Positions 20,320 through 30,000 of a stretch of DNA of 64,000 nt are shown here, one piece after another. Both the position numbers and the translations under genes were made by a program. How positions within the stretch are numbered: the first letter of the stretch is position 1; every line of letters begins with the position of its first letter. Source of the DNA: an uncultured Saprospirales bacterium (GTDB lineage: Bacteria; Bacteroidota; Bacteroidia; Chitinophagales; Saprospiraceae); assembly GCA_937926355.1 (NCBI GenBank), contig CALAZP010000190.1, positions 40 through 64,039 on the forward strand, given 5' to 3'. The notes beneath the pieces are model-generated. The model saw only the letters and a program-made list of their open reading frames with translations. It was not told the origin of the DNA and searched no databases.

Positions 20320-20353
20320 TTCAAAACTAAAGAAATCAAAATAATTACAAAAA

Positions 20354-21244
20354 ATGGCTACAGTAAATACTACTTCCATGAATGGCTCCGATTCGATTTC
20401 TGCATCGAGAACAACAATTAATTCAAATTTCCTTACGCTGGAGAATTGGATTAATAACTACAGCACTGTTTTCGGTCTAGATACTGTTAATGGAATCCTC
20501 AACTTAACAGGTGCTTCGACAGGTAGAATATCTGCTAAAACTGGGAAATTCGATTCTATTATCGTACCAAGTGGGGGAACAGCACTAGCACAGATTAATT
20601 CTGCTGGTGCAGGATCTTTTACAACCCTTTCAACGACAAACCTCACAGCTAGCGGCACTATTAGCTTTGGTGTGGGTAGCGTGTTAACACAAAGCGGTAC
20701 CTCGACTTTCTCAGGATCAACTACCTTGAGCGGGGCTACTACTCTCAACAACACTATGGTTTTAGGACCTGTTGGTAATGTTGCTTGCCAAAATACGATT
20801 GGTGCTAGTGGAGCAACTGCTGGAACAACGTTCCCTTCTTCTGCTACCGGAGGAGGTGGAGGTAGAGGAACCTCGTCAGGTAACCCATATGTAATTACTT
20901 CCCAAGAAGATGTAATATACGCTCAATGTTCTTCTGGATTTTACATGAGTGTAGGAACTGATGGATCAACTGGAGCTAACCTTCCTGCTGGACTTAGGAT
21001 TACTATTGTTAATACTGAAACCTCGGCTGGAACGATTATGACTGGAGTTCAGGGGTCAAATTATACTGGATTTAATACGGTAAGTGGATATGGAGAATTC
21101 CCTTCAACGGGGATTACTGTTGATGCTAACCGACCTTACCAATCTTCTGTTCAACTTCAATGGGAACCAAGGATAGGAAAGGATAGCGGTAGCCAGGAAG
21201 GATCTTGGGTAGTACTGGGATCTTCAAATATGTCTTGGTCATAA
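20354..21244 (+). CDS. Tail-fibre/needle-like protein sharing the N-terminal adaptor motif
   Basis: D13 and I22-N23-S-N25-F26 occupy the same positions as in the two collagen-like fibres. Thr/Ser/Gly-rich. Confidence 0.5.
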   Translation: MATVNTTSMNGSDSISASRTTINSNFLTLENWINNYSTVFGLDTVNGILNLTGASTGRISAKTGKFDSIIVPSGGTALAQINSAGAGSFTTLSTTNLTASGTISFGVGSVLTQSGTSTFSGSTTLSGATTLNNTMVLGPVGNVACQNTIGASGATAGTTFPSSATGGGGGRGTSSGNPYVITSQEDVIYAQCSSGFYMSVGTDGSTGANLPAGLRITIVNTETSAGTIMTGVQGSNYTGFNTVSGYGEFPSTGITVDANRPYQSSVQLQWEPRIGKDSGSQEGSWVVLGSSNMSWS

Positions 21245-21261
21245 TAAAAAAAATTAGATAA

Positions 21262-23472
21262 ATGGCAAAAACTCCATTTATAAGGCCTCTTCAAGTACAG
21301 GGTGGAACTTTTTACGCATTCTCTTCTGCCGCTGAAGACCTGTCCTTTACTTTTAATAATTCAGTAGATAAGTTCAAATTTTCAAAATTTGCTCTCCTGA
21401 ACATACCAGATATTAATTCTGGGGATCCTTTAGGAAACAGTATAAAGCTAAACGCGCCTGACAGCGCCTTTTTAGATTATGCTACAAGCGCTGGAAACAT
21501 TATTACTGGTAACGCCAATACTGATTTCTCACAAAGTTTCCAAAGCTATTGTTTGAATTTTGAAACTACTGTTTTAAGCTCTGATAATTACAACTCGGAT
21601 CTAAAACAAAATATCTCTGAAAGGGTTTTCTTTAAATGGTTAAAAGAGCTCGGTGCCATTAGATATCAACCTGCATCTTCTGATCAAGTAGTTTCTACGT
21701 TAGATCAAAATACGGTTCTTACTGTAAATGGTTTGCCATCTACCCAGAAAAGATATGTTGAGGGTGATCCATCTGGGGGAACGGGTTCGTATGGTTTAAG
21801 TGGTTCTACTTATAACAGGGTAGTTCAATACATTGGAAACTTGGATATCGTAAATTCAGTTAAGAATAACAACAATACTTATTCTGAGGTATATGTCCAC
21901 GTCCCAACCAAAGACGGTAACACACCGACGGTTCTTTTTAAGAATGTTGTTGACGAAAACTATTATCCAGATTTCCAATGGACCAACAACCCAGCAGATC
22001 CTTTGGATAGAGAATATTTGACAGGCAGGTCTTACGATGAATTGAATCCTAGTGGTCTAACTACTTTAGCAATTTTCGATGATGATGTCTTAGGTCTTCC
22101 CAATGTTACATTTGAGGATACTGCTGATGGTACTACAGGAAGTGGTAATTGGTATACCCCAAGAGACACTGCAAACACCTATTTTACAGATTCATCTTTT
22201 GTTGATCCCACTGCACAGATTTTATCCAAGTCAGTCTCTGGTGCTACATCCGGAGTTGGATTCCAAAAATATGTAAGGACAAGACTAGATTCTGTTGGTA
22301 TTGATTTCGATCCAGACTCGTATAAACAAATTGTTGATGATGCTTCAATTTCTACTCTGGAAGAATTTAACGCCACCTCAATTTCTCAGGATTTTGAATT
22401 TAATGCGGTCTTAATCTATTACGATGTATATGATCCTGCAGATCCTACAAATTCTGCTACTAACCTATATGGTGTATTATTCTTAGATGATGTGCAAACA
22501 ACGGGGTCCGGTATCTATAGCATACCTAGATTCCAGAAGTATAAACCAAACATAGTTACCAAGTTAAATGGTAATTCTTATGGTTTAAAGCTAAACATCA
22601 AATTTGACGTTGATATAGATCAAACTGGTGTTGAACAAGCGATAAATGACTATTCACCTTTCTCCTTAACCATGTTTATGGATGCGGTGAATGTATTGCA
22701 AGACGCTTCTAGCACTTTAAACAATAATGCAGCAAGCTATATTGATTTGGAAGCAAGAGTTTCTGCTATGGAGAATCTGATGCTAACTCAGGATACTTCA
22801 GCATCTCTTGATAGAAGAATCGCAAGTCTTGAAAGTTCTTATGCATCAAACCAAGCTTTGTTCAATAATACCCAATCAGTAATGGGCCTTATTACACAGA
22901 ACTATGAGCTAATTCGTGCTATAATTAATAATGAAACTTCGGTTGAAATATCCTATAATCTAGACGCAATAAAGCAGGGATCTGGTGTTATCGTCAATAG
23001 ATCAATACCAAACCAGGTAATGATCGAAAATAATAACCAGGAGTTTAACCTTGGCCAGGGTAACGGTACTATTACCCTCCAAAATAATGCCCTGAATAGA
23101 ATTGGTCTTAGATCCTTTGGTAATTATTGTAAGCACATAAACAACGGAACCCCAATCACGCTGACTTCCGATTTGTCTATAAGGATTGATGATTCTATTA
23201 CAACATGGAAAAAAGGTCAGACGTTTAAGTTCAGTTTTGGTGACCAAATAATTCCAAATGATTTTACAATCAATTTCCTAACTAATGCGGTTGGAAAATA
23301 TCCTCTTAGTAACCCATCTGGGGTTGCTTATTCAAATCTGATTATTTCTTTGGTTGATTCAGACATCTCATCTTATGACTATATGCCAGTTATTGAGATT
23401 GTTTGTATCGACGATGAAAACTTAGTATTCCAGACTGATATAGTCGGTAAAAGCTTAACAAATAATGGGTAA
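21262..23472 (+). CDS. Virion structural protein, 736 aa, with a coiled-coil segment
   Basis: Long ORF in the fibre module; heptad-like LEARVSAMENLMLTQDTSASLDRRIASLESSY. Confidence 0.45.
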   Translation: MAKTPFIRPLQVQGGTFYAFSSAAEDLSFTFNNSVDKFKFSKFALLNIPDINSGDPLGNSIKLNAPDSAFLDYATSAGNIITGNANTDFSQSFQSYCLNFETTVLSSDNYNSDLKQNISERVFFKWLKELGAIRYQPASSDQVVSTLDQNTVLTVNGLPSTQKRYVEGDPSGGTGSYGLSGSTYNRVVQYIGNLDIVNSVKNNNNTYSEVYVHVPTKDGNTPTVLFKNVVDENYYPDFQWTNNPADPLDREYLTGRSYDELNPSGLTTLAIFDDDVLGLPNVTFEDTADGTTGSGNWYTPRDTANTYFTDSSFVDPTAQILSKSVSGATSGVGFQKYVRTRLDSVGIDFDPDSYKQIVDDASISTLEEFNATSISQDFEFNAVLIYYDVYDPADPTNSATNLYGVLFLDDVQTTGSGIYSIPRFQKYKPNIVTKLNGNSYGLKLNIKFDVDIDQTGVEQAINDYSPFSLTMFMDAVNVLQDASSTLNNNAASYIDLEARVSAMENLMLTQDTSASLDRRIASLESSYASNQALFNNTQSVMGLITQNYELIRAIINNETSVEISYNLDAIKQGSGVIVNRSIPNQVMIENNNQEFNLGQGNGTITLQNNALNRIGLRSFGNYCKHINNGTPITLTSDLSIRIDDSITTWKKGQTFKFSFGDQIIPNDFTINFLTNAVGKYPLSNPSGVAYSNLIISLVDSDISSYDYMPVIEIVCIDDENLVFQTDIVGKSLTNNG

Positions 23473-23488
23473 AATTTTATAAAGTAAA

Positions 23489-26400
23489 ATGGCATCAACA
23501 CAAAATTCAATAAGTTCTCTAGTAGCTCAGTTCCTTAGACTGCAAAAAAATTCATTGGAGATCATTAATGGCCTTAATGAGGTAGCAACTTCTACTAACG
23601 ATAATGTACAAATTGAGCTGCTTGATGAAAATGGTTTGCCATCTTTCACTAGTATTCCAGCTTACGGTTACCTTAGAAGTGAGATAGAAAGACTTGATTC
23701 TAACATTCAATCACTTGCAGGTTTAGGTGACAACTTTGCTACTGTTAGAAATCCTGATGGAACTTACAGCCAGGTTTATAGATCTCAGCCTATTAAAGAT
23801 CCTACCCAACTTGCTAACCTTCAGGTCCCAAGCACATTTTCTGCTAGAGACAATTGGTTTTTTGAAAGCTTTTTAAGTCCTTTGCTTTACATATCAATCG
23901 ACGTCACAGGTCAGGTTGCCGATGACGCCGATCGTGTTAGGGTCAAAAGAATTATTGCAAATACGAATACCGACGAGAAGAAGGCTTATTTTGACGACAA
24001 TTTAAATGGAAGGAACGATTTATCGGAACAGGATTTTATTAATGATTTAGAGGATGCCGGCATCGACTATTTTGTGGATGAGGACAATATAGATCTTCCA
24101 CTTAGATCAATACGAAATCGAGGCTCTTTTGGTGTTCTATCCTTTTTTGATGATGTAGTAACAATAACAGATGCTAACGGAAACCAGGTCCAAGAAACTA
24201 GGAGGAATTACAAGTTAAATACTGTTAATTACACAGATACAACCTCTAATGTAACCAATGGAAGGACCTTAGCAGTTGGCGATACCTTGTTAACTAACGA
24301 TGGGACAAGATATCTAATTACTGCTGTAAATATTGAAGAAACCTCGGTACAACTAAAAAGAACCTCTGGTTATCAGCCTGTCCAGATCGGTGACAATCAA
24401 TTAACTTTAGAGTCCAGCCAGCTGAGTGCAAGGCTCATAGAAGTTAATGTTGGATTTGACGAGAGACAAGGTATTTTCTTTAAGCAAATAGATGACAACT
24501 TTAATATAGTTGGATCTACGTGGTCTACTGGAATTGTTATTTACAGTAATGAATTAACAATTAATACGGATTCTGGAGTACAAACCCTTGAGCAATTCTA
24601 CCTAAACTCAGTAGCAGATCTGGGTCAAATATTCCTTGGGATGGCTAAGGAGAAAAAGATAAATGCCATAAATGGTCTTATCCCAGATGCACCTGCAGTT
24701 TCTGCTACAAATTTCAGAGTAGTTCAGGTTAATACACAGCTTACCGAGGGTACTGATGTGCAAACCTTGAATGATAAAGTTGCTTTAAAGGCAACCTTAC
24801 AATCCGAAATTCAACAGATAGATGGGTCAATATCAAAAGCCAGAACAGACTTAAATTCTGTTTCTTCTACGAATGTACTTGCCAACAATACTCTGACGGC
24901 TCAAACTAACTCACTAAGTCGGGGTAATGACCAAGCATCTAGCTCTATATTGGCTTCTTTAAATTCATTGACTCAGCAAAGGGTACAAAAACAACAACTA
25001 CTTGCTTCTGTTGTTAGTGATATTACCACAATCTCGGAAACGAATACACAATTTAAGGTAGAGCCAAAATACAGGGTAAGAGGATTTTGGCCTATCCCTT
25101 TACCAAAATCAAGCACTGTCACCGGGGATCAAAGCGTTATACAGTTCATTATACAGTATAGGTACCTTTCTGAAGCTGGTGCTTCTCCTGCGGTACAACA
25201 GATAAGCTACCTCGATGATAATGGTCAGGAAAAAACTGGGGCTTTTTCTAACTGGACTGAGATAAAATCCGAGATAAGAAAGAAAATCTTTGATGCAAAC
25301 ACTGGAACGTACGTTTGGGCTCCGGAGGATACGGAGAATGCGGATGCAACAAATATCAATCAGCTTGATATCCCAATTACCAAGGGAGAACGAGTTGAAA
25401 TAAGAATCAAATCGGTTTCTGAAGCTGGCTGGCCGGATAATCCAGTAACCTCGGAATTCTCCGATCCAGTGGTGGTCACATTCCCTGACGATCTTTCAAC
25501 TCAAAGTACTGTCGAAAGTGTAAATAGTAACTTGAAAGACGAAGCTGTCCTTGCAATCCAACAGGATTTATCAGCTAAAGGAATAGACGGCCTTTTGAAC
25601 CAACAGGTAGTTACTGGTAATAAAACTTACTATTTAGCATCAAGCTCTATTTTAAGCGGGTATTTTGATTCTGCCGGAAATCCTTTGGATCTTTTCCAGA
25701 AGCTCACCGAACTTCAAGATCAGCTAAACTCTTTAAGGGCAACTGTAGAAAACGCAACTGGCATTTTGGAAGTTTATCTTGTAGACGGTACAAATACACA
25801 ACTTGTAAGTAACGGATCGACTATAAATCTTAATGCTGGATATTTTAACCAGATATACCAGAACGCATCTACTTCTGATGCTGGTAAAATAGCTTCTACT
25901 GTTTATGAGATAAAGATCAGCAATACCTCTGCCGGTCTATTGGAACTCTCATCCATACTTCCTGGAGGGCTAACAACGCTTGCAGGAACAAGCTCTTCGT
26001 ATGCTTTACCTGATGGTTATTCTAGTAATTTAAGATATGGAGAAGTGCCAATTTCAATTACTTCTTTAACCACTTCAGATATAATTCCGGTTGGATCTAC
26101 TGGAGGTGCAAACGACGATTCTTTTAAAGAATACAGACAAGCCCCTCCTTATGCTTCTGGTAATTCTAACAGCCAGTTTGTATATCCTAGATGGAAGTCT
26201 GTTGGATTTGATAGCGATTTGTACATAACTCCATCTGCTTTTGCTGGTTCTTATCTATATGCTGGTGACGCAAGCGGATTACCTAGAAACGGAAGTCAGC
26301 TATTACCCTACGACCCAACAAATGCTTCGGTACCAACTGCTTCCGGAACAGATGCTAATGTTTGGAGTGGTGTAATTACCGGTGCAACTGGTAGCTATAC

Positions 26401-27043
26401 AGGTATTGGTAATGGTACTTTGAGCGAATTCTGTATCCACAAGGATCACCCAGATTTATCTACAGGTCTTTCCTTCACGAATTTGGTAAAACCAGATTTT
26501 TCTGGTGGTTTAGTAGTGTATCCTTATTTCAGACATTCTGATTATTTCTATACTGATACAACAATACTAGATAACTATAAGCAATTAGGATTCCAGCAAG
26601 TATCTGCAGATTTTGTTCAAGGTCCTACTGCTGCCAGGGAAGATGAAATGTATCCAAATAAACTTGGATTTACTGCTAACGACGAGTATTTGATCGGAAG
26701 ATATACCTGTGGAGCTTATCTATTCTTAGGTCCTCCAACAGCTTCAACTATCCAAGTTGAGGGATCGACCCAATTGGCTTCTAAGTTTGTTAAGAATGGT
26801 GATTCTAATGCTATAAACGTTCCTTTGATATTCCAGTTTAGAGCAAACGATAAGTTGGGTTACATCGGAGGTTTTAGAGCTGACGGAAACCCAACAAACA
26901 TTACCTATACTAAAAAGATAGGAATAGATATACAGGTTAGAAACCAAAGTCCTTTCTCTTTTGACGTACAGGTTACTGGAAAATATAAAAACGATACCCT
27001 TTCGGCTCCAAATTTCTCTTCAACAACTAGAAATGTAGGCTAA
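23489..27043 (+). CDS. Virion structural protein, 1184 aa (fibre/baseplate-associated)
   Basis: Size, N-terminal and central coiled-coil-like segments, position. Confidence 0.45.
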   Translation: MASTQNSISSLVAQFLRLQKNSLEIINGLNEVATSTNDNVQIELLDENGLPSFTSIPAYGYLRSEIERLDSNIQSLAGLGDNFATVRNPDGTYSQVYRSQPIKDPTQLANLQVPSTFSARDNWFFESFLSPLLYISIDVTGQVADDADRVRVKRIIANTNTDEKKAYFDDNLNGRNDLSEQDFINDLEDAGIDYFVDEDNIDLPLRSIRNRGSFGVLSFFDDVVTITDANGNQVQETRRNYKLNTVNYTDTTSNVTNGRTLAVGDTLLTNDGTRYLITAVNIEETSVQLKRTSGYQPVQIGDNQLTLESSQLSARLIEVNVGFDERQGIFFKQIDDNFNIVGSTWSTGIVIYSNELTINTDSGVQTLEQFYLNSVADLGQIFLGMAKEKKINAINGLIPDAPAVSATNFRVVQVNTQLTEGTDVQTLNDKVALKATLQSEIQQIDGSISKARTDLNSVSSTNVLANNTLTAQTNSLSRGNDQASSSILASLNSLTQQRVQKQQLLASVVSDITTISETNTQFKVEPKYRVRGFWPIPLPKSSTVTGDQSVIQFIIQYRYLSEAGASPAVQQISYLDDNGQEKTGAFSNWTEIKSEIRKKIFDANTGTYVWAPEDTENADATNINQLDIPITKGERVEIRIKSVSEAGWPDNPVTSEFSDPVVVTFPDDLSTQSTVESVNSNLKDEAVLAIQQDLSAKGIDGLLNQQVVTGNKTYYLASSSILSGYFDSAGNPLDLFQKLTELQDQLNSLRATVENATGILEVYLVDGTNTQLVSNGSTINLNAGYFNQIYQNASTSDAGKIASTVYEIKISNTSAGLLELSSILPGGLTTLAGTSSSYALPDGYSSNLRYGEVPISITSLTTSDIIPVGSTGGANDDSFKEYRQAPPYASGNSNSQFVYPRWKSVGFDSDLYITPSAFAGSYLYAGDASGLPRNGSQLLPYDPTNASVPTASGTDANVWSGVITGATGSYTGIGNGTLSEFCIHKDHPDLSTGLSFTNLVKPDFSGGLVVYPYFRHSDYFYTDTTILDNYKQLGFQQVSADFVQGPTAAREDEMYPNKLGFTANDEYLIGRYTCGAYLFLGPPTASTIQVEGSTQLASKFVKNGDSNAINVPLIFQFRANDKLGYIGGFRADGNPTNITYTKKIGIDIQVRNQSPFSFDVQVTGKYKNDTLSAPNFSSTTRNVG

Positions 27044-27070
27044 GGGTTTAATAAAGGAATAACATTTTAG

Positions 27071-30000
27071 ATGGCATCACCAAAATTATTTGACTATAAT
27101 TCATCCTTTGGACTGTTAAGGACAAACCCTAAGATTACTGGCAATGTAAAGATCTCTTTGGATTCTTCTGGTGGTGTTTGGTTAAATTCTTTTAACGCAA
27201 ATCCGACACTTAGCACAGAGAAATTCAAAAAGTTTCAGGTAACTGGAAAGGATTCCTACGCCACAGATCTCTATAACTTCTTTGATAAAGGATCAGTCGC
27301 TAACGATCTTATTTTCCAAGTTGGTGAATTTACAGACGGAAGTTCAAAAGCTCAGGAGGATTTTGAGTTCCAATATGACTTCTTTTACGGCAGTGGAGCT
27401 TCTACCCTAATCGACAAAAATTACACTGAAAACTTCAGGTATTTTCAGCCTCTTTGGCTGCGTAATGAACTACCTGAATTCTTTGTTATTTTCAAAGTAC
27501 CAAATCCCGTTAGTTACCCCTATACCACCAATGTAACTAGAATCCGGACTTCGGTTAAATACAAGCTTATACAAGATCCAGAATCGACAGAAACTTTCCA
27601 GATAGCATATGGAAAGGACAATTCAGGTCAAGACATTTTTTATACGGCTAACCAAATTTTCGAGGGACTGAGCTTGTATAATTCCTATACTGTTGTATCC
27701 GGCTCTGGTAAAGTTGCTGAAATGGATGAACTCAAATATCAGCCAAATGTGGATGATGTAGAGTCTTTTTTTAACTCAAAGATATTACCAAATGCTAGCG
27801 TAGTTGCTACTTTTGATTTAAGATCTGGTACCAAGATTGGGAATTATATAAGGAGTATTGTAAACAATAAGAATTACAAGCAATCCCCTATAGATTTTTC
27901 CTTCCAGCAGAATACTTATACGTATTATAACGGAGTTAGCATAAAGGATGGTGTTTTTACTGAGAGGGGAGAACTCCTTTATGATTACCTAATTGATCCT
28001 CAGTCTTCAATTCAATCCGATTTTGAAAACTATGTAACCGACGGCTTCCAGAGAAATGGGGTAATTTGTTCTAATGTGTTGAACATGGAATTTTTGTTCA
28101 ACGATCCAGATTCTGACCTGTACACTATCAATAGGTATTTTGGTTTTTATGTTTCTAAAAATGACCTTGGCGAATTTTTCCTAAACGGGGATTTCTTTTA
28201 CAACTTTAGAAACTCTACTGGTAATTTAAATCTTCCCAAGCCTTCTAGGAATAATATTGGACACTACGAGGATAACAGATCCAACTATCAAAGCAGTACA
28301 GGAGGAGTTAGATTTTATTACGAGGGTGCATCGGGATGGATTCCTGGATCCTACGATGTCAACGTAAATGATCCACAGAAGCTATATTACATAACAGACA
28401 AGTCTGATAGATTTTATTCGCTTAAAAGGTATGAAAATTACAATTCAACTACTAAAACGTGGGCGGATAATGCACCAGAATATGCCCAATATGGACCCTA
28501 TGATGGAACGACTTTTGGAGTGACTGGGAACACAAGCCTAACGACTGGGTCTCTGGTCTTAGGAAATTCCTCAGTAAATCTACAAAATTTTACCGGGTAT
28601 GGTGATAAAATAGGATCGATTAAAGGGATTCTGCCCAGATCCAACGGAAGAGCTAACATTGGTATCGAGTTTACTGAAAATGAACCGTCAGTAGCTGAAA
28701 TTGTTTTTAAGATATTTTGGCCAAACGGTTCTAAGTCAGAATCTGCAGGAAGGTACGATCTAATTAAAAGCGGGGAGTTTGGCGGAACCTTAGTAGGATG
28801 GAAAGCTGGATCTTCATATAATGTTGGGGACGAACATTTCTTTAACGCTATTGACGGGGACACCGAGGATATTGCTTCTTCCTTTTGTGAATGTGTGACC
28901 TCAATTAGCGACGTTGTTTGGGACTCTGCACCTAGTTCATCTACTTCGGTTATCAGAACAAAGGCATCAGGAACCAAGGTTAATAGTGAATATCGGGTTG
29001 CAGTTTATGACGACTATGCAACTTTTGAATCTTTGTATGTTGGTGTTTGGGATAATACTAGTCCATATTCTGCTGGTGATGTTGTCTTAAGTCAAAACAA
29101 ATATTACCAAGCATCGAATAATATACCCGCAGCAGTTCCCGGCTCTGAGAATGTTAGTCCTGACTTAGATCCTACTAACTGGCAAGTTTATTCAACTTTT
29201 TCTCAAAGCGGATTCGTTAAAATTTCTGGGTCTGATGCTTCTACTTTAAGCGGTCCTGTATCTTTTAGTGGAGGAACCGATTATCCACTCTGTAGGGTAG
29301 CTTTTGATATCAAAGAAGTAAATAAGGTAATTCCTGGAAATTATATACAAGTAACCTCTGGAAGTGGGGTAACTGGTGGAGCCTCAATGGTCGAGATCGT
29401 AACCAGATATGTTGAAGATCCTGCCATAGACTCAAATGGAAAAGTTAGTGGATTTAGAGGATATAACGAGTTGTTAGTTGCAAATCTAAGAGACCAAAAG
29501 GCAGTTATTGATTTGGGAACAAGTCAGTCGTTTAACCTGTTTGAAATGCCTAAGGTTAAAACTGGTGTATTTTCATTTTTTGATATCAAGGACTTTGACT
29601 TTGATTTCTGGTCTTCTGAATATGGTGAAACCCCAACCTCAGAGTTTCATAGATACTTCCAGCTCCTACCCGATATTCAGGGACAAATTAAAGACGGAGT
29701 AAAATATCTGGTAAAGTCTGGTGAGATTGTAGTTGACATCGGCACTGTAAACCAGAGAACAATTCCTGCAGGAGGAGCTTTTATCGGATCCTCGGTTGAT
29801 TTTTTTAGAGACTCTGGATTTACAAATAGTGGGGTTTCATCTATCGTTGTACCTGCTATTTTTACTCAAATTGAATGGAAAACCCCATCCTCTTCATACC
29901 CTTCAAAAGCAATAAATTTTGAAAAGAATCTCGACTCTTTTGATGGTTTCTTTGGTATTCAATCGATCAACGAGACCCAATCAGTAACTCAATCAAATAC

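Noticed and set aside
28498-28977. 159-aa minus-strand ORF inside the 1842-aa gene (similar cases at 34833-35312, 7630-8067, 42600-42980, 38717-39028)
   Set aside because: These ORFs are fully embedded antisense to long, compositionally coherent structural genes, with no start context or motifs. I treat them as chance ORFs.
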